From the NCBI GenBank assembly GCA_021831005.1, contig JAKBNO010000022.1:1-34015 (forward strand): a DNA stretch of 34,015 nt. Reading direction: 5' to 3'. Under the pieces are notes generated by a model that worked only from the letters and a program-made list of their open reading frames with translations, had not been told where the DNA came from and searched no databases. The DNA comes from Thermoplasmata archaeon (GTDB lineage Archaea > Thermoplasmatota > Thermoplasmata > Thermoplasmatales > GCA-001856825). Each line of letters begins with the position of its first letter. Position 1 is the stretch's first letter. The translations under genes and the position numbers were made by a program. Below, piece by piece: positions 9,617-16,678 of this stretch.

Positions 9617-9779
9617 AGTGGGTCACTCACGTCAATCATCACCAATAAAATAATAAAGGCTTCGAGAACCGCAAGTTAGTTCAACATCATAATGGAAATT
9701 CATCTAAGTCTTCCCTATCTCACTAGGTCTCGCTTCAATAAACAAGACGTTAAATTTGGGGAAGAGATGGCTCTTTGTA

Positions 9780-10694
9780 ATGGAAAACGACATCGTTTAT
9801 TTTCAGGCTCACACTCATTCAAAATACTCTGTAAACAGACTGAGCGGAGAGGGGGTTTTCCACAAGTTAACGTGGCCCATTGAACGTTTCATCCTGAGAG
9901 CAATAATGAAGAGTCCAAAAGGGCTCTTGAAGTTGGCCCACAAGAAAGGAGTTAGTTATGTGGCTGTCACCGACCACAATCGTGTACCAGCGATAGACGA
10001 AGGAAGAGATTATTTGATTACCGGGGAGGAGTGGGGTCAAAGAAAGGGTCATTCAAATCTTATCGACCTCGTCGTATCTGTTTCTCCAGAATGTGGTTAT
10101 TTTGAAGGGATCGAACCAGAAAGTCCAAAAGACTTCCAGAATGCTGCAGTAGAGACCACCAGACAGGGAGGTTTTGTTTCAATCAACCATCCCTTCAAGA
10201 AAGATGCATGGCTATGGGAGGAGGAAAGTTACACCCTCGCCAACGCTGTCGAAATATGGAATGGAAAATGGTGTGAAGAGAACCAGAAAGCACTTGATTT
10301 GTGGCAGAAATTGCTGGTCCGTGGGTCTAAGATATGGTGCATGGCGGGGAACGATTTTCACGTCAATCGCATCTTCAACATAGATTTCCAGGTACTTGCT
10401 TTCACCAATACAGATTCAAAGCAGTCTCTGATCTTAAAGCTAAAAAATGGGGATTTCTCGATCACAAGAGATACAGGAACCCCCATCGTCTTTCTCCGCA
10501 AAGATCTGAGTTATCTGATCGAAAAATATCGAGAACCAATAGAGCTGAGGGTGGTTTTCCCAAGTCACACCGAAAAAAGACAAACTCCTTCGAAAACAGG
10601 AGTAATAGAAAGGAAAGAGCATCAGAATTTCGTGAGATTAGAACTATGGGAAGAAAATACCCCTCTCAGTTTTTCTAATCCCGTTTTCCTTTGA
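9780..10694 (+). CDS. PHP-domain metal-dependent phosphoesterase with a C-terminal extension
   Basis: PHP motifs are present: FQAHTHSKYS, VAVTDHN and SINHPF. The start is set at the ATG at 9780 (MENDIVYFQAH). The last roughly 100 aa carry no motif I recognise. Confidence 0.7.
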   Translation: MENDIVYFQAHTHSKYSVNRLSGEGVFHKLTWPIERFILRAIMKSPKGLLKLAHKKGVSYVAVTDHNRVPAIDEGRDYLITGEEWGQRKGHSNLIDLVVSVSPECGYFEGIEPESPKDFQNAAVETTRQGGFVSINHPFKKDAWLWEEESYTLANAVEIWNGKWCEENQKALDLWQKLLVRGSKIWCMAGNDFHVNRIFNIDFQVLAFTNTDSKQSLILKLKNGDFSITRDTGTPIVFLRKDLSYLIEKYREPIELRVVFPSHTEKRQTPSKTGVIERKEHQNFVRLELWEENTPLSFSNPVFL

Positions 10695-12263
10695 TCCGTA
10701 CAGCAGTGCCTGGACGAGAAAAGCCGATGAGCCTGGGAAGTGAATGCCAGTGAGGCATCTTCCGGTTTCACGATCTATCGTTTCACAGCTGAGCCCGTCA
10801 TCCATGGACAGGTTCTCCAGCACAGATCCATCTCCAATTCCCGATAACACTTGGGTGGCATAAGAGTGAATCCATGGCTGATTGACGTGCCTGTTTCCAA
10901 ATCCGCCAAATTTCCCTTCTATTTTGAACTCATTCTTGTCAGATTTGATCCATTCCACTGTGTTCTTGAATACTCTGGACTCTTTATCAATAAATCCAAG
11001 GTACGGAAAGAGGAGAAGGGAACCGGTGGGATCATCATAGAACTCGTAGTGACCGTTCAGGTCAGAGGAATAAGAAAACATGTCGTCCTTGACCAACGCT
11101 TTCATGATGTCTTCTTTAATCTTTTCAGAGTACTCCAGGTAGGTTCGATCCAGTAAGACATCCTTGACTCTCAAGGCATACGTGCGCATCGAGTACCAGA
11201 GGGCAACGTTGTCAAAAGTAACGTAGGGGTATGTAGTGGGGTCATCCGAACTGTTCAAATCCGTGCTAAATAAATTGTACTCTTCGCTCTTCCGGGAAAT
11301 GAGTATGTCCATCAGTTGGCTAGTTCTTGTAACAGTATCTTCAGGAGTTAGTACGTTGTGAACTATTGCTCTTTCAAGTGCAAGAAAATAGTATGACAGC
11401 TGATCGGATTCGAACCCGTCGTACAATATGCGCCCATCCATATAAAGAGAATGAATTCCTCTATGCTTCCAATACTTTGTAAACAGCAAAGAAAGAAGAA
11501 CCCTTGCCCTTTCTGGATCGTATCGTTCTATCACCGGAAAGGTCCAGAATATGAAATCTCTAGCCCAAAATCCACTAGATACATAGTACTTCGGACTCTT
11601 CGAAGCAATAATGCAATCATCTTCATTGTCTATGAATTTCGAGTTCGAGTTGAAGATCGACATAAGAATGTTGTCTCTCACAACCTTATTGTCGACTTCC
11701 TCGAATCGGCTCATATAGTTGTCTGTCTCAATCTCTAGATTACTTTCTCCGATCCTTGAGAGATGAACTACATTCAGAACCGCTCTATCGGGAGTGTCCC
11801 CAATACCCACAAAGCACCCGCTATCCCCCTGTCTGAATGCAATAGATGGAAGGCGATCCCCTATAGAGACATAATAGGCGGGAGTTTCAGACCAGTTAGT
11901 CTTTTTGCTCCTGACTCTACTAGGGATCTCCCAGAATATCTTGGAATAGGCACTCACGATGAGTTTATTGCGTATCTTGATTCCAAGGTAAAAACCTGGC
12001 TTGTCGGGGGGAACCACTATCTTTATCCCTACCTCTCCAGAGATCTTCTCCAGCCATCCAGAACCACGGAAGTCATCTTCCGAGACGAGCCCACGCACTC
12101 TGAAACAGACCAGCGTCGATCCGCTGCTGACGGGGAAACAGACCTCCAGAACGTCTTCTTTTATGATAATTGAAAGGTAATAGTTAGCACCTAACCTGTA
12201 ATTCTGCTTGACAACTCTGTCGGGCGAAGTTATTAACTTCTTATTGGCAAAGTCATAATTCAA
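10644..12263 (-). CDS. Six-hairpin (alpha/alpha)6 glycosidase-like protein with an N-terminal beta-rich domain of about 200 aa (GH125/DUF1237-like or GH15/GH63-clan-like, family unassigned)
   Basis: The ORF is 539 aa. SSGFWARDFIFWTFPV resembles the W-x-RD motif of (alpha/alpha)6 glycosidases. FESDQLSYYFLALERAI, YDDPTGSLLLFPYLGF and GGFGNRHVNQPWIH resemble, as I recall them, the ELDSL, DDAN.PSLL..PYLGY and GSPH blocks of GH125. Its start overlaps the upstream gene by 11 nt. Confidence 0.55.
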   Translation of the reverse strand: MNYDFANKKLITSPDRVVKQNYRLGANYYLSIIIKEDVLEVCFPVSSGSTLVCFRVRGLVSEDDFRGSGWLEKISGEVGIKIVVPPDKPGFYLGIKIRNKLIVSAYSKIFWEIPSRVRSKKTNWSETPAYYVSIGDRLPSIAFRQGDSGCFVGIGDTPDRAVLNVVHLSRIGESNLEIETDNYMSRFEEVDNKVVRDNILMSIFNSNSKFIDNEDDCIIASKSPKYYVSSGFWARDFIFWTFPVIERYDPERARVLLSLLFTKYWKHRGIHSLYMDGRILYDGFESDQLSYYFLALERAIVHNVLTPEDTVTRTSQLMDILISRKSEEYNLFSTDLNSSDDPTTYPYVTFDNVALWYSMRTYALRVKDVLLDRTYLEYSEKIKEDIMKALVKDDMFSYSSDLNGHYEFYDDPTGSLLLFPYLGFIDKESRVFKNTVEWIKSDKNEFKIEGKFGGFGNRHVNQPWIHSYATQVLSGIGDGSVLENLSMDDGLSCETIDRETGRCLTGIHFPGSSAFLVQALLYGSKENGIRKTERGIFFP

Positions 12264-13287
12264 TTTCTACAGTCCCCTCCCCATAGTCCAATGATTTATT
12301 GGATACGGTATCTCTGTCAACATATTCATTCAAGCCGTATCCCGGAATGCCAGTTAACGAATGAAAACCCGTAACCGGCAGATTTCCAATATAGCTCATC
12401 CTAGTGTCTCCAACTTCTGCCTTCTTTGTTATGCTGGATTGTCCTTCAAATCTAATGTCAAGCAAATTCCCTACCATCATGGGATTGATAACGTTCTTGA
12501 TCCTTTCCATTCTTTGAGTAATGTGATACGCAGAGTCCATCCATTCTTCAGGTTGCCATCTGCCGTTACTGAGGAAGGAATTCCACTTTCCAGGATTGGC
12601 ATCTGGCTGTATAATCAGATCCGCATCTTCCAGCTTTGACAAGTACATGGGTTCAAAAGCATCCAAACTGATTGCTATGCCGATCTTCTTCTTATCAAGC
12701 TTGAAAGGGGACACGGTTGAGATGTCTCCGCCAGATATCCCGAGATCTGATTCCATGGTGGTTGGAAAAACCTTGTCTTGTCTGAACAAAGGTTCGCCAG
12801 AGGTGCCGAACACAAATGCGGTGTTGCAAACTCTCGCTACAGAGAATTCCCAGTTTTCACCCTTCTTTTCGAACCTAGGCATATTGTTGCACGCAAGAGT
12901 GTGAACAGAGTATTCTTTGGAAAGAGAACTAAAAAAATTATAGAATTTTCGAACAAAGAGATCCGTGAGGGAAAGAAAGATGGCAGTTGTAAAATTCTGA
13001 ATATCGTTTTCCTTTGCAATTGAATCGATCTTCCTTTGGTCTTTGGAATAAAGTACCTGTATTGCTTCGAGCGAGGACTGTGCTTTCATTCCCGCAAAGG
13101 CAGTTAGCAGTCCGATATCCTCGGGGAACACTATAAAGTCGCCGGGATTGGTATCTTTATAAAACTTTTCAACGTGAGAGGGAAACCCACTCCCGAAATC
13201 ATCGACCTCAATTTTGAATTGAACCCCGATAAATCTCACGAATGTTGTATTGTCAGGAAACTTAAAAACTTTCTTTGAGTCTACCAA
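12253..13287 (-). CDS. Carbon-nitrogen hydrolase (nitrilase) superfamily protein, with the predicted nucleophile Cys replaced by Ser
   Basis: The ORF is 344 aa with a TTG start at 13287. Its blocks match the nitrilase-fold layout: FIVFPEDIGL (Glu56), NTAFVFGTSGEPLFRQDKVFP (Lys172), KKIGIAISLDAFEP (Ser207 where families have I-C-x-D) and ADLIIQPDA. Confidence 0.6.
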   Translation of the reverse strand: MVDSKKVFKFPDNTTFVRFIGVQFKIEVDDFGSGFPSHVEKFYKDTNPGDFIVFPEDIGLLTAFAGMKAQSSLEAIQVLYSKDQRKIDSIAKENDIQNFTTAIFLSLTDLFVRKFYNFFSSLSKEYSVHTLACNNMPRFEKKGENWEFSVARVCNTAFVFGTSGEPLFRQDKVFPTTMESDLGISGGDISTVSPFKLDKKKIGIAISLDAFEPMYLSKLEDADLIIQPDANPGKWNSFLSNGRWQPEEWMDSAYHITQRMERIKNVINPMMVGNLLDIRFEGQSSITKKAEVGDTRMSYIGNLPVTGFHSLTGIPGYGLNEYVDRDTVSNKSLDYGEGTVEIEL

Positions 13288-13296
13288 ATTTCTGTT

Positions 13297-14304
13297 TTAT
13301 TCTACTACCTTTGTAAGCTTTGAGGGTTTATCGGGGTTTAGGCCAAGAGAGATGGAGCTGTAATAGGCCAGAAATTGACCAAAAAGCAAGCTCAAAATGG
13401 ATTCGACCGTTTCGTTCTGGGTAGAAACATCATATTTCTCTGTCAAGAAGTTCTTCACATCCAATACTTTGCTACCGTAGGACAGCAGTTCCTCCGAGAT
13501 CTTACTATCGTTAGAGAACATGAAAACAGACCAATTACTGTCCAGTATCTGTTTTGGACCGTGGAGAAATTCCCTTACTGGGAAAGCATAGCTCACCGCA
13601 TTGCTGGTTTCCATCAATTTTAAAGATGCTTCAAGTGCGATCGGATACAACAACCCAGACCCAAGAAATACAGTATTTCTTGCAGATGTTTCAGCTATTC
13701 CTTGTATTGTCTTTTTACCGTCCACTATTGCCTTCGTTCCTCTCCTGATTTCTTCCAAAGTTACAGTAAATTCTTCATCGTGAGAGTTAAGAGATATTTT
13801 CAAAGAAGTCAGCAATTGCGAGAGATGTGATTTTGTTGCGGCAACTGACAGTTCACTTCCAACGTCTGTGTGTATAGTAAAATCTGTAATCTTTCCAAGT
13901 TTAGATTTACTGGCATTTGTGATACCGATGACAGTAGAACCTGCTCTCTTCAGCATTTCAGCGGAACGCAGAGCATCGATGCTGTTTCCAGACTGACTGA
14001 AAACAATGGAAGAAGTTCCAGACTGCTTGACAGATAGCGACTTCTCGGCTTCGCTGGAAAATATGGGAATGCATGTCATTCCCTTCCTGTTCAGGAGCAC
14101 TGAGAGATAAATTGCTGCGTGATAACTGGTCCCATTTCCGATAGCATAAATTACCCTCGATCTGTCAAGGATGTTGTGAACACGCTCTAAATCTGCAAAT
14201 TCCTTGGTTTTGAAATCTTCTACTATTGCTGGTTCTGACTCAATTTCCTCCAGCATCGAATGCATGCTACCTGAATTGGCTTCTTCATATATCTCTTTGT
14301 TCAA
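13297..14304 (-). CDS. Double-SIS-domain sugar-phosphate isomerase/deaminase (GlmS isomerase-domain-only protein; GlmD/AgaS/FrlB type)
   Basis: The ORF is 335 aa. It has IYAIGNGTSYHAA and VFSQSGNSIDAL (SIS 1), then FLGSGLLYPIALEASLKLMET...EFLHGPKQIL (SIS 2). Its C-terminus KPSKLTKVVE resembles the GlmS ...KSVTVE tail. There is no Ntn glutaminase domain. Confidence 0.8.
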   Translation of the reverse strand: MNKEIYEEANSGSMHSMLEEIESEPAIVEDFKTKEFADLERVHNILDRSRVIYAIGNGTSYHAAIYLSVLLNRKGMTCIPIFSSEAEKSLSVKQSGTSSIVFSQSGNSIDALRSAEMLKRAGSTVIGITNASKSKLGKITDFTIHTDVGSELSVAATKSHLSQLLTSLKISLNSHDEEFTVTLEEIRRGTKAIVDGKKTIQGIAETSARNTVFLGSGLLYPIALEASLKLMETSNAVSYAFPVREFLHGPKQILDSNWSVFMFSNDSKISEELLSYGSKVLDVKNFLTEKYDVSTQNETVESILSLLFGQFLAYYSSISLGLNPDKPSKLTKVVE

Positions 14305-14313
14305 TGATTGTGG

Positions 14314-15744
14314 CTAAGGCAATGGTAGTCCTTTGCAAATTTTTTCATAAATGTCTGCGGAATTTCGCTTGATTCTTTCCTTGGTTTTGTAATCAACGGA
14401 ATACAGGCCGAACCTCATGGAATACCCGCTGGCCCACTCAAAGTTGTCGAATAAAGACCAGTGAAAATATCCCTTAATAGGTATACCTTCGGATGAAATT
14501 GATTGAGACAGAGAGGACAAGTGGTCGACTATGAATTTCCCCCTTTTGGCATCGGTCGCATCTGCTATTCCATTTTCCAAAATGTATATTGGTTTCCCGT
14601 ACCTTTCATAGATCCATTTCGAGACGTGTTTGATACCGTCAGGATAGATGTCCCATTTGAAATCTGAGCAGTCCTCGCAGGGAAGGATCTTCATTGGCAG
14701 TACTCCTGCGTACTTTTCTTCCTCAGAGTACTTCACCCTTAACCTTGTATAGTAGTCGATTCCAACGTAATCTGTTTGACCGAAGTCTGGAATCTTTTCG
14801 TCTGGATTGCCACTTAGACTATTATCAAATTCCCCTTTAATTGCAGCGTTGAGGACCCACTCATTATTCAGGTACCTTGCAGTGTTTGCAATCTCCGCAT
14901 CCCTCTTATCGCCACTTGCAGGTTCGAAGTAGGGAGGGGCGGTACCTATTCCTACCTCCCTCTTCGTATTCTTCTTTAGGATTTTGTAAGCTAGATTGTG
15001 AGCAAACGCAAGATTTCTCTCAACCTTGAACCCAAGAGGAATGTTATCTAGGCCGGGTGGAAATCCGGATGTTGTCCCAAAAACATATCCGTTTGTGGCG
15101 ATAACTTCTGGCTCGTTAATAGTCTCCCACCATTCTACCTTAGGGCCAATTGTCTTGGAAATGAAGTATGCATATTTTGCAAATTCTTCCACGGTCGTAG
15201 TATCCAGCCAGCCCTTGGCTTTGGCATTCTCGATGTCGTAATGACACATAACTGGTTGGTGCAGCCAAGTTGGTAGTGGCCAGTGATAAAGTGTCATAAA
15301 CACCTTGAGTCCAAGGGAATGTGCATAGGCAACCATTTTTGAGTATCGATCCATTGCTTCTTTGTCTGCATTCGACTGAAGTTGAGCAAACGTGTTACTG
15401 GACTCGGTGAAGGTTAAAGGTTCTCCCTTGGCATTCCTGGTGAATTCGGCATCCACTGAAAATGTGGGCTCCCTGAAAATTCTTGCCCATTCTATGCTCA
15501 TCCTAATCGCATTATTCCCAAGTGATCTTGCCCTCCTCATGTCCTCCTCGTATAGGTCCCAGAATCCATCTCCGTCTTGCGGCTTATCGCCCGATACCAG
15601 TCCATCCTTTATGATCTGTTCATTATTTGCCCATTCGTACCAATCCGTTTTCTCAAAATTGCTGTCCTTTGAACTTCCCATTTCTGTCTGAAAAGCTGAA
15701 ATTGCAGTTCCCCAAATGAATCCCTTCGGAAACTCGATCTCCAT
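14314..15744 (-). CDS. Glycoside hydrolase family 1 beta-glycosidase
   Basis: It has the acid/base motif WWETINEPEV and the nucleophile motif IYILENGIAD, plus an N-terminal FPKGFIWGTAISAFQTE. The ATG at 15744 is preferred; the ORF track opens at a TTG at 15753. Confidence 0.9.
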   Translation of the reverse strand: MEIEFPKGFIWGTAISAFQTEMGSSKDSNFEKTDWYEWANNEQIIKDGLVSGDKPQDGDGFWDLYEEDMRRARSLGNNAIRMSIEWARIFREPTFSVDAEFTRNAKGEPLTFTESSNTFAQLQSNADKEAMDRYSKMVAYAHSLGLKVFMTLYHWPLPTWLHQPVMCHYDIENAKAKGWLDTTTVEEFAKYAYFISKTIGPKVEWWETINEPEVIATNGYVFGTTSGFPPGLDNIPLGFKVERNLAFAHNLAYKILKKNTKREVGIGTAPPYFEPASGDKRDAEIANTARYLNNEWVLNAAIKGEFDNSLSGNPDEKIPDFGQTDYVGIDYYTRLRVKYSEEEKYAGVLPMKILPCEDCSDFKWDIYPDGIKHVSKWIYERYGKPIYILENGIADATDAKRGKFIVDHLSSLSQSISSEGIPIKGYFHWSLFDNFEWASGYSMRFGLYSVDYKTKERIKRNSADIYEKICKGLPLP

Positions 15745-15753
15745 AACACCCAA

Positions 15754-15842
15754 TGAATTCCCTCAATAAGAAATTGTCCAATAATATGAGACTGGCAAAT
15801 GAATTTTAGCGAATTAAAATCTAAAGAAGATTTAAATGTGGC
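15754..15842. promoter_or_regulatory. Divergent control region between the GH1 operon and the LmbE-GPH operon
   Basis: This is an 89-99 bp AT-rich spacer. TATA-like boxes sit about 25-30 nt from each start: atattatt on the minus strand near 15778-15788 and attaaaatc near 15813-15821. AATGAATT occurs twice (15752-15759 and 15798-15805). There is an inverted repeat AAATCT-n5-AGATTT at 15817-15833. Confidence 0.4.
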
Positions 15843-16610
15843 ATGAGATTCCTGTTCCATATGGACTTCTCTGAATATCTGAAGAAAGTTGAGCTAGATG
15901 AAACACGAAAAAATCTTATTCTAAAATCGAAGAAAATAGTTTCTTTCTCACCGCACCCCGATGACAATGAACTGGTAGCTGGGGGTTTCGTTGCGAGGAA
16001 GATCACAGATGGGTCTGAATTCCATCTGGTGGTTGCAAGCGATGGAAGAAAAGGAAGCAGAACGATTGCGGAAGAAGCACTTAAGGAGATAAGGGAGAAG
16101 GAGCAGCGGAATGCTCTCTCCATACTCGGATCTAAGAACGTCAGGTTCCTCGGATATAGGGACTCCGAGGTGCCACAACCTTCATCGCTCAGGAACGACG
16201 TTATCAAGGTCATTCGAGAATTATCCCCAGACCTCGTGCTGACTGTGGACCCTTTCCTTCCATACGAGGTTCATCCAGATCATGTGAATATGGGGATGGC
16301 AGTGCTACAAGCGGTACTTTTCGAAGAATTCCCAAATTTTGGGGAAGGCATGCCTGTGAAAAGTCCGAATGTCGCCCTAGGTTTCACTTACAACCCAAAT
16401 GTAATACTAGGCTGTGATGATAATATGGACAAGAAGATTTCAGCAATGAAGGCACACAGTTCTCAGTTCACGGAAGATGCAATAGAATTGGTCAAAGGGA
16501 TAATGCATCTTTACGGACAGAGAGTGGATAGTCAGTACGCGGAACCTTTCAGGGTTCTTATGCCGCACGAGTTACACGTGAATGTTTTGGGAGGTATGAA
16601 TCCATGGTAA
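15843..16610 (+). CDS. LmbE/PIG-L family N-acetylglucosaminyl deacetylase
   Basis: The ORF is 255 aa. It has the zinc-site motifs FSPHPDDNELVAGG and VHPDHVN typical of PIG-L/LmbE deacetylases. Its stop overlaps a downstream in-frame ATG (ATGGTAA at 16604-16610). Confidence 0.85.
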   Translation: MRFLFHMDFSEYLKKVELDETRKNLILKSKKIVSFSPHPDDNELVAGGFVARKITDGSEFHLVVASDGRKGSRTIAEEALKEIREKEQRNALSILGSKNVRFLGYRDSEVPQPSSLRNDVIKVIRELSPDLVLTVDPFLPYEVHPDHVNMGMAVLQAVLFEEFPNFGEGMPVKSPNVALGFTYNPNVILGCDDNMDKKISAMKAHSSQFTEDAIELVKGIMHLYGQRVDSQYAEPFRVLMPHELHVNVLGGMNPW

Positions 16611-16678
16611 CTGGTGATACTCCCAACATAATCGGTAAAGGGAGTCCTTCTGGAAATTCTGATTCTGGAATTCTGCCA

